Shown here: in pieces, positions 50,947 through 61,028 of the stretch
How positions within the stretch are numbered: position 1 is the first letter of the stretch
How the letters are laid out: each line of letters begins with the position of its first letter
The notes under the pieces: model-generated
What the model saw: only the letters and a program-made list of their open reading frames with translations
Told to the model about the DNA's origin: nothing
Database searches by the model: none
Translations under genes and position numbers: made by a program
DNA from: Sedimentisphaerales bacterium
GTDB lineage: Bacteria; Planctomycetota; Phycisphaerae; Sedimentisphaerales; SM23-30
DNA: 64,000 bases
Reading direction: 5' to 3' (one strand)
NCBI GenBank assembly: GCA_963666285.1
Contig: OY762711.1

Positions 50947-52560
50947 CTACTTTTCATCTATTGGATAGCCATGATAGAGGTACATTGCGCCGTAGGTCCA
51001 GTTTGGCCCCTGCATACCGGGGAAGTTTAGCCGGTCCATCATGAGAGCGATATAGGGAGCGGGGTATCCATCGGGCAGAGGAACGACGTTGGGCCAGATG
51101 CGGGTACCGGTTTTGTCGTCCCAGGGCGGCAGGTGCATATTGAGCGAGCCGACCGGATCGAGGTTTGGGTAGGAATAGATATGAACTTTGCGGTCAGCGC
51201 TGCCGAAGAGTGCATATCTTTTTTCGCCGATGGTCTGGAGCTGGGTGCCGGTACTGTCAACAGAAACAGGTCCTGCGATGAGTTTGTATGGTCCGTCCCA
51301 TTGGTCAGATTCGCGGATAACAGCCTTGTACCCTTTATGATTTTCGCAGAGGAGCATGCGCCATTTGCCAGCTTCGGTATCGTATATACATTGGGGATCT
51401 TCGTAGTCGCCGATGAGGCCGGTGGGTTTGGCGGACATAATTGACAAGCCGATAAGAGGAGACTTTGAACTTGTAACGGCCCAGAGCTCTTTCTTTTCTT
51501 TGCGGGTATGGTCGGCGAAAGCGGAGAAGCCGGTAGTGAAGCCCTGCCACTGGTTTTCGGTTCGGTTGTAGAATAAGTTTGACGCGATATCGTTACGGAG
51601 CAGGCCGTCGCCACGGTCGAAGACAATGATACCTTCGAATTTGATATCGAATACGGACGGGTCGAGACTGAAGACGCCCTGCAGATGATGGGGCAGAGCA
51701 CGGCCGCGGAGACTGGCGGTGTACCAGAGCCGATTATCTTTGAAATATGGAGTGCCATCCTCATATGTTATGAAACGGAGGTCGGCCTGGCCGAGCCCGG
51801 GCGAGAGAGATGAGGATGCAGATGATATATCTATAGATGAATTTTCGCTGAGCGAGTTATAGAGCAGAAAGTCGTAACGCTGCATGAGTTTTTTCTGGCG
51901 GAGGTCCAGATGGCGAACGAAGTCAACCTGGCCGATGAGTGTTATCCTATCGTTGTTTTCGATGAGGATGTTGGCACCGCCAGCGAAGACCTGAACGAAG
52001 AGTGATACATGCATGCCGGCTGGGATAGCGGTCGGCAAGTTGAATTCTTTGCGGTCAGCTTGTTTGTTATCTTTTGTAAGGGAATATGTAACTGATTTAT
52101 ATTTGTTGTCGGCAGCGTTGAGGGTGACAGTGATATTGTCTGATGTTGCGGTGTCCTGGAAGATTAGTCCGGTATGGGCCGAGCCCGAAAGGTTGTTGAT
52201 ATTTACCACATAGGCGGCAAAAGGGCTGAAGGAGCCGACCCACCTGATAGAGACTGAAGGCTGGGCAGATGAAATATGAAGCCGACCCTTTGAGATTGAT
52301 AGTTCCGGCGAACCTGACTGAGTGCCGACCGGCGGGTGCATGACATCGAGTCCGACGATGCGGGATGGGTTCAGTTCGGAGAGCGGGATATTTTGGGCCT
52401 GATCAAGAATTATTCGTTTGACTGCCTGGCGGCGGAACTGCAGCCGGTCGGGTGAAAGCCGGTCAGCACATTCTGCGTAAGATAAAAAGAATAGTATAAG
52501 AATAAGAGTAAGCGGCAGATTAGAAAATATTGTCTTTATCTTTCCTTTTTTTACAGGCAT
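50947..52560 (-). CDS. Secreted hypothetical protein with a probable five-bladed beta-propeller (glycoside hydrolase-like) C-terminus
   Basis: QADLRFITYEDG, GDYEDP, WDGPY motifs; family not assignable. Confidence 0.55.
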   Translation of the reverse strand: MPVKKGKIKTIFSNLPLTLILILFFLSYAECADRLSPDRLQFRRQAVKRIILDQAQNIPLSELNPSRIVGLDVMHPPVGTQSGSPELSISKGRLHISSAQPSVSIRWVGSFSPFAAYVVNINNLSGSAHTGLIFQDTATSDNITVTLNAADNKYKSVTYSLTKDNKQADRKEFNLPTAIPAGMHVSLFVQVFAGGANILIENNDRITLIGQVDFVRHLDLRQKKLMQRYDFLLYNSLSENSSIDISSASSSLSPGLGQADLRFITYEDGTPYFKDNRLWYTASLRGRALPHHLQGVFSLDPSVFDIKFEGIIVFDRGDGLLRNDIASNLFYNRTENQWQGFTTGFSAFADHTRKEKKELWAVTSSKSPLIGLSIMSAKPTGLIGDYEDPQCIYDTEAGKWRMLLCENHKGYKAVIRESDQWDGPYKLIAGPVSVDSTGTQLQTIGEKRYALFGSADRKVHIYSYPNLDPVGSLNMHLPPWDDKTGTRIWPNVVPLPDGYPAPYIALMMDRLNFPGMQGPNWTYGAMYLYHGYPIDEK

Positions 52561-52833
52561 AATAATTTGTCCTTTATTTTCAATACGAATTGCAAGTTTA
52601 TACACATTGGGTAAGCAATGATACTTTTTATGCCACGCTCAAACGGGCATTATCAACAGTTATGGGTATATAATTGAGAGACATTTATGATTTTAAGGAC
52701 AGGAGATGATATGTAAAGACAAAAAAAACAGAATTGCAGCCAGAATGTGCATGGACCAAACGCTGTGAAACAAGCTCTTATAGAGATTATTTGAAATTGA
52801 AAAAATAACGACCGATTATTCTGAACCGTTATA

Positions 52834-53139
52834 TTATGATTCACATTCTTCAGTTTTATCTTTTTTATAGATCAGCATCAAGTTGCGAACATAAACAATA
52901 TTATTAAAAAGATGGCCCAGAATAAAAATCGGATCTTTTCTACCGGCAGAATAAATCAGCAGGCCGGTACTGCCAATAACACTAAGATACCAAAATGAAA
53001 CAGGTACAATACTTTTTTTATGCTTTTCGGAAACCAGCCATTGAACCAAGAATCTAGCAAAGAAACAGGTTTGTGCAAATGCCCCCAAAACAATCCATCC
53101 GTCAAGTTTAGCTACTAACTCGTTGAAATACTGTTCCAT
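52834..53139 (-). CDS. Lipid A biosynthesis N-terminal domain (LAB_N) membrane protein
   Basis: QTCFFARFLVQWLVSE...SIVPVSFWYLS...KDPIFILG...YVRNL; true start MEQYF at 53139. Confidence 0.9.
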   Translation of the reverse strand: MEQYFNELVAKLDGWIVLGAFAQTCFFARFLVQWLVSEKHKKSIVPVSFWYLSVIGSTGLLIYSAGRKDPIFILGHLFNNIVYVRNLMLIYKKDKTEECES

Positions 53140-53143
53140 ATAA

Positions 53144-53887
53144 TTAATCTCGCTCAATTTCTCTGGTTTGGTAGATGAAGTTTCGCGATTGCATCCATCG
53201 TATAGCGAAGCAATCGACGAACGCCTTGAAGATCCTGTTCCAAACGCCGTACTTGGCGACACCGGCGGTGCGAGGCCGATGGTTGACAGGAATTTCCTTA
53301 ACTTTATAACCCTGCATTTTAATGAGGGTCGGCAGGAACCGGTGCATGCCGGTGAAAAGCTTGATATTAGCGACACATTCTCGCTTATAGACTTTCAGTC
53401 CGCAAGCGGAATCGTGTATCGACTCGTTAGTAAGCCAGTTTCTGACCCCGTTGGCAATTTTGGTAGATGCAAGCCTAATCCAAGGATCGTTGCGTTCCTT
53501 GCGCCAGCCGTTGACCATATCACATTCGCCGTCGAGGATGAGTTTCAGCATTCGGGGCAGCTCGGCCGGGTCGTTCTGGAGGTCAGCGTCGAGCATGCCA
53601 ATGTGCTCGCCTCGAGAATTGCGGATAGCCGCATCAACCGCGGCGGTCTGTCCGGTACGTTTGCTAAGAGAGATAACCCTGAGTTGAGGGTATTCTGCCA
53701 TGAGCTGCTTGAGTACAGATTCGGTATTGTCCTGACTACAGTCATTGGCGATAACAATTTCCCACTTGCCGGTCAAATCGGTCATGGCAGCAGATATCTG
53801 TTCGACAAGAGGCCGGACGTTGTCCTCTTCGTTAAAAGCCGGAGCTACTACAGATAGTAGTATGTCATTTTTATTATTGTCGGTCAT
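53144..53887 (-). CDS. GT2 polyprenyl-phosphate glycosyltransferase (ArnC/DPM1-like)
   Basis: VVAPAFNEE, NDCSQD, LDADLQNDP, DSACGLK, MHRFLP, VNHRPR. Confidence 0.92.
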   Translation of the reverse strand: MTDNNKNDILLSVVAPAFNEEDNVRPLVEQISAAMTDLTGKWEIVIANDCSQDNTESVLKQLMAEYPQLRVISLSKRTGQTAAVDAAIRNSRGEHIGMLDADLQNDPAELPRMLKLILDGECDMVNGWRKERNDPWIRLASTKIANGVRNWLTNESIHDSACGLKVYKRECVANIKLFTGMHRFLPTLIKMQGYKVKEIPVNHRPRTAGVAKYGVWNRIFKAFVDCFAIRWMQSRNFIYQTREIERD

Positions 53888-54258
53888 TTATTACTATGCA
53901 AACCTTACTATTTTATTAACAGGAACTTACAAAATAGTAAAAACTATAATACTATTTGAATTGCGGAGAAATCATAGCTTATAACAAACTATATTATGAT
54001 TTGATAAAATGCCGCAAAAAGCAGTTCCTGTTATGGTACATCTGTTCAAATGTCATGTTCAATCCAGACCTTGTTATTGTAGGTCGAATACTAAACATAA
54101 TACAGATCCATTATTTTAATAATACCGATTATTTTAGCAAATTAAAATTGAATAAAATACCAGCATGTATTCAGGGTATATGCAGTTAATGGCCGATAAA
54201 CGAATAAAGTTAAGTTACGGTACCGCAAAAAGCGGATATATTAGAAAGCTGACACGAT

Positions 54259-54450
54259 AAGTGCGGTATCGCACTTTTGACTGTTCAACATTACACGCAA
54301 AGGCCAGAACAGAGCCAATTAAGTGAAAAATGAATAATGAAGTGAAAAATTAAGGTATTCGACTATCGTCTCACGTTTTGTTTAAAACATAAGCGTTGCA
54401 GGAAGGCCCTTTTAGGCGAGTTTTGCAACTTAAAAACTGCGAAAGTAAAC
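54259..54450 (+). repeat. Repeat family A, copy 4, with its centre replaced by a heptamer module
   Basis: 5' part matches 4391-4447 and 3' part matches about 4515-4574; the middle is AAGTGAAAAATGAATAATGAAGTGAAAAATT... Confidence 0.85.
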
Positions 54451-54552
54451 GATAATAGTCGCTATAAAAATGCTCTGTGTTATTGATAGCAGTGAGAATG
54501 CGGAAAAACATACGTAACAAGTTTTAATAAAACGACTTATAGCTAAAAGAAT

Positions 54553-55548
54553 TTGAAAAGAATAAAAATAAAACTGAAAAAATCCAGTATAGTACTTATG
54601 CTGCTGGCAGTACTGACTGCGGCGATGGTAGTACCAGTTTGGGGAGAGTGCCGATATCTACGGGCGATAGACGACCCGCTGGGCCAGGCTCGGAGCAGAG
54701 TATATGAAGTATACGGCGAATACACGGTACGCGGAGCGAAAATCCATATGCCTAGCGTACGAAAGATTTTGAATACCGGTATCAAGCAAATAGCGTGTAT
54801 GGATGATTCGGCTGAGGCCTGGAAGAGTTACCTGCACGAGGAAGATATAATCGCGATAAAATTTTGCGAGGTAGGCGGCCGCCAGCTGGCGACAAACAAG
54901 GAATTTTGCTCTATCCTGCTGCAGATCCTGTATAAAATCGGCTTCAAGCCGGAACAGTTTATGATAATCGGGCTCTATGACCTGCCGGAAGAAGCGGCGG
55001 GGACGATCCCGTGGGAATATGGCTGGCAGGAAGAAAAAGTTGATTTCGGCAGCGATTATGACTACCTGGCAAGCTGGCTGGATAAGGTAACGGCAATAAT
55101 CCATGTGCCATCAGCGATGGATGACAATATAACAGGAATCCGAGGAGCCATAGCGGATATGGCCTGGTCGGTGGTGAAACATCCGGGTAAATACTACGCT
55201 TCTAACGGTGACCCTTTTGTGGCCGAGATATATAATCTGCCGCAGGTACGCGGTAAAATACGTCTGACAATCGTAAATAACCTGCGGTCACTGTTTTACG
55301 GCGGCCCAAATGTTAAGCAGATATTTGTAAGTGAAAACGGCAGTATGCTGTTTAGCAATGACCCGGTCGCACTTGACAGGATAACCATGGAGCTGCTGGC
55401 GAAGCAGCGAGAAGAGAATGACCTGCCGAGCGGAACCAAGCTGTTTCTATCGGCCCCCCACCTGATAACAGCCGAGGCTTTAGGTATTGGCTATCAAGAC
55501 CTGAATATGATACAATATCAATATGTGAAGCATGATAAAAATGAATAA
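54553..55548 (+). CDS. DUF362-family protein with N-terminal signal/TM
   Basis: IIAIK, TAIIHVP, LFYGGP, FSNDPVALD, AEALGIG; appears degenerate. Confidence 0.7.
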   Translation: MKRIKIKLKKSSIVLMLLAVLTAAMVVPVWGECRYLRAIDDPLGQARSRVYEVYGEYTVRGAKIHMPSVRKILNTGIKQIACMDDSAEAWKSYLHEEDIIAIKFCEVGGRQLATNKEFCSILLQILYKIGFKPEQFMIIGLYDLPEEAAGTIPWEYGWQEEKVDFGSDYDYLASWLDKVTAIIHVPSAMDDNITGIRGAIADMAWSVVKHPGKYYASNGDPFVAEIYNLPQVRGKIRLTIVNNLRSLFYGGPNVKQIFVSENGSMLFSNDPVALDRITMELLAKQREENDLPSGTKLFLSAPHLITAEALGIGYQDLNMIQYQYVKHDKNE

Positions 55549-55683
55549 GACGAAATATATTTATCCTATTCATTTTTATAGTAAGAAGATAGAAGCGAGA
55601 AGTTAGAAGATTTTGCTATTGCCAATCTCGCACAAAATAACATTTTGCAATATATACAACCAGATATAAGCAGAAAATAATAA

Positions 55684-58600
55684 ATGAAGGCTGAATTTCC
55701 CTGTACTGAGATAATGAAAATAGTAAGCGGGGAAAGTGCGTTTTCATTGCGTGATGTAATATCAGAGCTATCAGGTAAAGAGAGCGGGAAATCACTTGAG
55801 ATTCACGGCAGCTGGGGCAGTTTCGGCAGACTGGCAGCAGCAGCCCTGGAACATTCAACAGCACGCCCGGTGCTGTATATCACCAGCCATATAGACGAAG
55901 CCGATAAGAGCCAGGACGACCTGGAGACCTTTAGCGGTAAGGAAGTTGAGATTATGCCGGCAGCGGAATCAGCAGCCGGGCCAATCAACCCGGTAGGCGA
56001 GATCGCCGGCGAAAGGCTGAAGCTGCTGCGTAAACTACTGGGGTATCGGGGAAATACAAGCTGGATAATTACCAGTTCGATAGCGGCTATGATGCAGCCG
56101 GTGCCGATGCCAAAAGAGTTAATGCGGAACGGGATGAAGGTATCGATGGATCAGCCGGAATCGGTATCATTTGAAGATATGTTGAGCTGGCTGGCCGATA
56201 GCGGCTACGAGCGTGTGGAAGATATCGAAACGCTAGGCGATTTTGCCTGTCGAGGTGGTATTATCGATGTTTTTGCCCCAGGTAACGATCAGCCGATTCG
56301 AATAGAATATTTCGGCGACGAGATAGATTCGATCAGATTTTTTGACATAGATACCCGCCGTTCAATCAAGAAGATAGACGAAGTAATACTGCCGAACTGC
56401 AAAACAGAGGACCGAATCGAAGCACAGTCGACCCTGCTGGATTATCTGCCGGGAAATACTATCCTGGTGATAGAAGAAGGTTCGGAAGTAATCGAGTTCG
56501 GCAGGATATTTCGCGAACGGGCATGGCAGCCGGAATCATTATGGGAAGTGGAAGATATATTCAAGGCAGCGTCAAATTTTGACTGTGTATATATTAATAA
56601 GTATGAGTCGGACATCCATGACAAAAGCTATGCGGTACACGTGCAATCGATACTGGATTACTGGGGTCGCGGGCTGGAGGCCCTGGAGGAGCTGACAGAT
56701 TGTGCCAGGCTGGAGAATAAGAAAGTATACCTGATATGCGATAACCCGGCCCAACAGCATCGAACGGCAGAGAATATCGAAAACGACCGGATAGTAACCG
56801 ATCCGCTGAGCGGTAAGAAGCGGAACTATGAGGGGATGACTGTGCCGGCAAATATGACGCTGGCAATCGGTACACTGAGCCAGGGCTTTTGTCTGCCGGA
56901 CTGTGATATAATCCTGGCAGGTCATCATGAACTGTTTGGAGTAAGGCAGGTCCGGCGCAAGCTCAAGGCGGTCCGGCATACCGAATCGATCGAATCATTT
57001 AACGATCTGCATGAAGGTGATCTGGTAGTACATTTCGCCCATGGAATCGGCAGGTATAGAGGGTTGAAGCTGCTGACCAAGAACAACCGTCAGGAGGAAT
57101 TCCTGGCAATTGAGTTTGCAGATAAAGCGATAATACACGTACCGGCCGGTAAAATCGACCTGATACATAAATATGTCGGGAGCGGTGCCAAGGAAGCGAA
57201 ACTGTCGAAGATCGGCGGCAGGAGCTGGCAGAGGCAGAAGGAGAAAGTAGCCGAGGCGGTTGAAGATATGGCCTCGGAACTGATCGAGATGCAGGCATAC
57301 CGCAATGTTATGCCTGGTATAAAATACCCGGCAGACGATCAGTGGCAAAAGGAATTTGAAGAGGCTTTTCCCTACCAGGCAACAGACGATCAGCTAAAGA
57401 TAACCAAAGAGATAAAAACCGACATGCAGAAGACCCGCCCTATGGACCGACTGCTATGCGGAGATGTAGGTTACGGAAAAACCGAGCTGGCGATACGGGC
57501 AGCATTCAAGGCAGCGACATTCGGCAAACAGGTAGCGGTACTGGTACCAACAACGATACTGGCAGCCCAGCATTTCAGATCATTCAGGGAGAGGATGGGC
57601 GATTTCCCGGTGACGATAGATTGCATCAGCAGATTTCGCAAGGCCAGCGATGTTAAGCGAATAGTGGAAGCGGCAAAAGCGGGAAGACTGGATATTTTGA
57701 TCGGGACACATAGATTATTGAGCGATGATGTTTCGTTTAAGGACCTGGGCCTGATAATAATAGATGAAGAGCAGCGGTTCGGAGTAGCACATAAAGAGAA
57801 GCTCAAGCAGGTACGCAAGACAGTTGATATCCTGACGATGACGGCAACCCCGCTGCCGAGAACGATGCATTCGACACTGCTGGGTATACGCGACATATCA
57901 TCGCTTACGACACCACCGCTGGACAGGCGAAGTATCTCAACGGTGGTAATACCGCCGAGCGACAAGCTGATACAGCAGGCGATAAAACGAGAGATGAGCC
58001 GGGAGGGCCAGGTATTTTTCCTGCATAACCGGGTACAGTCGATATCGACCTTTGCCAACTCGGTCAAGAAGCTTGTGCCGGAAGCGAGGATAATATACGC
58101 ACACGGTCAAATGGCGAAACGTGAGCTGGAGAAGAAGATATCAGACTTTATCGACTATAAAGCGGATGTGCTGGTGAGTACCACGATCATCGAATCCGGA
58201 ATTGATATACCGCGAGCCAATACAATAATAATAGACGAAGCGGACAGGTTCGGTCTGGCAGAACTGCATCAGCTGCGCGGGCGGGTAGGCAGATACAGGC
58301 ACAAGGCCTATGCTTATATGCTGCTGCCAAGGAATCGGAAGCTAAACCCGATAGCCAAGAAGCGACTGAAGGCGATTGAGGAATATTCGTCGCTGGGCAG
58401 CGGGTTCCGGATAGCAATGCGAGACCTGGAGATACGCGGAGCGGGCAACATCCTGGGCTTTGAACAGAGCGGGCATATTGACAGTGTAGGATACGAGTTG
58501 TATTGCAGGCTACTGGCAGCGGCGATCCGCAAGCTGAAAGGTGAGCCGGAACCGGTAACGGCAAGTACACTACTGGAGCTGAACATAAGCAATAATATCC

Positions 58601-58980
58601 CGCGCGGCTACATCCAGAGTGAAAATCACAGGATGGAGATATACAGGCGGATGGTGACGTGTACGAGCCTGGCGGATATCGATCTATTGAGAAATGATAT
58701 AAAAGATCAGTTTGGCAATCTGCCGGAACAGGTGGAATATCTGCTGCAGCTGGCAGAGATCCGGATAAAGGCCTCTGAGAAACACGTCGAAGCGATAATC
58801 CAGAAAGAGCCGGACCTGATATTCAAACTTAAGCCGGAAGCCCACGTGGCAAGCATGTTCGAAAAGGCAGTGGGCAGTGTGCGAATACCGGATACCTCAA
58901 CGGTACATTTGAGGCTGGGCGCCAGGTATTTTGAACATCCGGGGACACTACTGTCAACATTGAGAAGACTGCTGTTTTGA
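55684..58980 (+). CDS. mfd: Transcription-repair coupling factor
   Basis: RGGIIDVF, VHFAHGIGRY, MDRLLCGDVGYGKTE, DEEQRFGV, QLRGRVGR, DLEIRGAGNILG. Confidence 0.98.
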   Translation: MKAEFPCTEIMKIVSGESAFSLRDVISELSGKESGKSLEIHGSWGSFGRLAAAALEHSTARPVLYITSHIDEADKSQDDLETFSGKEVEIMPAAESAAGPINPVGEIAGERLKLLRKLLGYRGNTSWIITSSIAAMMQPVPMPKELMRNGMKVSMDQPESVSFEDMLSWLADSGYERVEDIETLGDFACRGGIIDVFAPGNDQPIRIEYFGDEIDSIRFFDIDTRRSIKKIDEVILPNCKTEDRIEAQSTLLDYLPGNTILVIEEGSEVIEFGRIFRERAWQPESLWEVEDIFKAASNFDCVYINKYESDIHDKSYAVHVQSILDYWGRGLEALEELTDCARLENKKVYLICDNPAQQHRTAENIENDRIVTDPLSGKKRNYEGMTVPANMTLAIGTLSQGFCLPDCDIILAGHHELFGVRQVRRKLKAVRHTESIESFNDLHEGDLVVHFAHGIGRYRGLKLLTKNNRQEEFLAIEFADKAIIHVPAGKIDLIHKYVGSGAKEAKLSKIGGRSWQRQKEKVAEAVEDMASELIEMQAYRNVMPGIKYPADDQWQKEFEEAFPYQATDDQLKITKEIKTDMQKTRPMDRLLCGDVGYGKTELAIRAAFKAATFGKQVAVLVPTTILAAQHFRSFRERMGDFPVTIDCISRFRKASDVKRIVEAAKAGRLDILIGTHRLLSDDVSFKDLGLIIIDEEQRFGVAHKEKLKQVRKTVDILTMTATPLPRTMHSTLLGIRDISSLTTPPLDRRSISTVVIPPSDKLIQQAIKREMSREGQVFFLHNRVQSISTFANSVKKLVPEARIIYAHGQMAKRELEKKISDFIDYKADVLVSTTIIESGIDIPRANTIIIDEADRFGLAELHQLRGRVGRYRHKAYAYMLLPRNRKLNPIAKKRLKAIEEYSSLGSGFRIAMRDLEIRGAGNILGFEQSGHIDSVGYELYCRLLAAAIRKLKGEPEPVTASTLLELNISNNIPRGYIQSENHRMEIYRRMVTCTSLADIDLLRNDIKDQFGNLPEQVEYLLQLAEIRIKASEKHVEAIIQKEPDLIFKLKPEAHVASMFEKAVGSVRIPDTSTVHLRLGARYFEHPGTLLSTLRRLLF

Positions 58981-59031
58981 TAAGAGACAAGCACTGACCA
59001 GCCTGTAGTACCTGGTTACGATTTACCGTAT

Positions 59032-59065
59032 AAAAAAACGGCCCGGAAGCAGAGCCTCCGAGCCT
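59032..59065 (-). terminator. Terminator after fucosidase (between convergent genes)
   Basis: GGGCCCGGA...TCCGAGCC imperfect stem with an A7 run on + strand. Confidence 0.55.
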
Positions 59066-59088
59066 AAATTGAGCTTACCTCCCAATAT

Positions 59089-60879
59089 TCATTTTGCAGG
59101 TTCTATTGTAATAGACCTGATATTAATCGGAGCCCATTTATCTTTGTCGGGAACGATCTCTAAAGTATAATCACCCGGTGTGAGTAAGCTGGTTTGGCAC
59201 AACTGCTGAACCTTGAAACGCTCATATCCGCCGGTAGAATCGGCCCCGGCATCAAATGATTTTTTATTCAGCGAAACAGAGAATCGGCTATCTGAAATTG
59301 AAGCCATATCAGCTTTTATATTGAAACTGCCAGATGTCCGAATTTTGAATTGCCATGAGACCGTGTTTTTGTAATCAGTCCAGAACCCGATATTTTCGTG
59401 ACCATTTTTGGTCTCTACCCTAACATGTAAATTAGTATTTTTATCGTTATGAATTTTAGTTTCCGCTACAGATAATGAAACAACACCATTTTCATCCTGG
59501 GTTGGAAGAACTTTTTCAACTTTGAGCGGCTCGGAAATCTGCAGGATAATAACGGTATCAACTATATTTTTCGGCTCACCGGGGACATGGAGTGTAATAC
59601 CATTTTCGACAGTGTCAAATTTAATAGAAACATTGCCATCAAGCAGATGAGCAGAGTCGATTTTATTTTTTAAGCCAGGGACAAGCAATCTGTTATTGGC
59701 GGGCCAGTCGAAGACATGAAGGTATAAAAGAGTTTTACCGCCCTGCTGTTTTTTGGTACAGCGTCCCCATGGTAATCTTTCGAATGGACTGGCGGTAGTA
59801 CCGTAAATAGAATCGGAGTAGACATTCATCCATTTGCCAATCTGCTCGAGCCGGTCGATACTTTCCTGAGGGAAAGTACCGTCAGGTTTCGGGCCGATAT
59901 TGAGCAGGAAGTTTCCGCCCTTACTGGCGATATCGACAAGTTTACGAATAAGATCAGTTGACGATTTGAAATTTTTATCAGTTTTGTTCCAGCCCCAATA
60001 TCCGTTCATAGTCATGCAGCTTTCCCAGTCGACACCAGGTATGCCGGTAGCAGGTATTTCCTGTTCGGGAGTGCCGTAATCGCCTGCGAACTGCCCTTCC
60101 CTGGTCATGCCCTGCATCCCCTGACGTCCCTTATCAGCACGATTATTGATGATAATATCCGGCTTGAGCGAACGAACATAATTATAGAGATCGAGTCCGC
60201 GTTCATGGGTCCAGGTGTTTTCCCATTCACCATCAAACCACAAAATACCAGGATTGTAAGCGGTTATGATTTCTTTAAGCTGGGTTTTCATATATTTGAC
60301 ATATCTGTCAAAATCAGCACCCTGGGCGGACCAGTCCTCCCACCCCCTACGAGGCAGATAGTCGGGATGATGCCAGTCCATAATAGAATGGTACAGGCAC
60401 ATTTTTATGCCGTATTTTTCACAGGCATCGGTAAGTTCCCTGAGGATATCACGTTTGAACGGAGTACCGTCGACGATATCAAAATCGGTAACCTTGCTGT
60501 CCCAGAGGCAAAATCCGTCATGATGTTTACTGGTAATTACAATGTATTTCATCCCGGCATTTTTCGCCATTTTCACCCACTGCTCGGCATCGAATTTAAC
60601 GGGATTGAACTGATCGCGGAATTTGTCATATTCATCGCGTGGTATCTTGGCAGTTGTCCTGATCCATTCGGCATGTCCGGTACCGCCTTTCCATTCGCCG
60701 GCAGGCACAGAATAAAGTCCCCAATGGATAAACATACCAAAGCGGTCATTTCGCCACCATTGCATACGCTGATCGCGGTCCTGAGGAGACTCATTTAAGA
60801 ATGAATCATCAGCAAAAGCAGAAGATAAGAAAACCAGAACCAATACTAAAGAAACAGCAGATCTGATAATAGATTTCAT
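59089..60879 (-). CDS. GH29 alpha-L-fucosidase with C-terminal CBM-like domain
   Basis: RFGMFIHWGLYS, TSKHHDGF, LWFDGEW, WESCMTM, GGNFLLNIGP. Confidence 0.95.
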   Translation of the reverse strand: MKSIIRSAVSLVLVLVFLSSAFADDSFLNESPQDRDQRMQWWRNDRFGMFIHWGLYSVPAGEWKGGTGHAEWIRTTAKIPRDEYDKFRDQFNPVKFDAEQWVKMAKNAGMKYIVITSKHHDGFCLWDSKVTDFDIVDGTPFKRDILRELTDACEKYGIKMCLYHSIMDWHHPDYLPRRGWEDWSAQGADFDRYVKYMKTQLKEIITAYNPGILWFDGEWENTWTHERGLDLYNYVRSLKPDIIINNRADKGRQGMQGMTREGQFAGDYGTPEQEIPATGIPGVDWESCMTMNGYWGWNKTDKNFKSSTDLIRKLVDIASKGGNFLLNIGPKPDGTFPQESIDRLEQIGKWMNVYSDSIYGTTASPFERLPWGRCTKKQQGGKTLLYLHVFDWPANNRLLVPGLKNKIDSAHLLDGNVSIKFDTVENGITLHVPGEPKNIVDTVIILQISEPLKVEKVLPTQDENGVVSLSVAETKIHNDKNTNLHVRVETKNGHENIGFWTDYKNTVSWQFKIRTSGSFNIKADMASISDSRFSVSLNKKSFDAGADSTGGYERFKVQQLCQTSLLTPGDYTLEIVPDKDKWAPINIRSITIEPAK

Positions 60880-61028
60880 AGTAATTTTCCTTATTCAAAA
60901 AACTTTTACTTATTGCAGTATTTGTACTGACGCAGCAAGAGCATACAGCAGAAACATATTTTTTCGAGGACGGTAAAAAGCGAACATATAATCCAAGACC
61001 CAATTACGCTTCAGCCCTAATTCCCGAT

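Noticed and set aside
53140..53376. N-terminal extension of the LAB_N ORF
   Set aside because: Overlaps the GT2 gene in another frame; the domain starts at the ATG at 53139.
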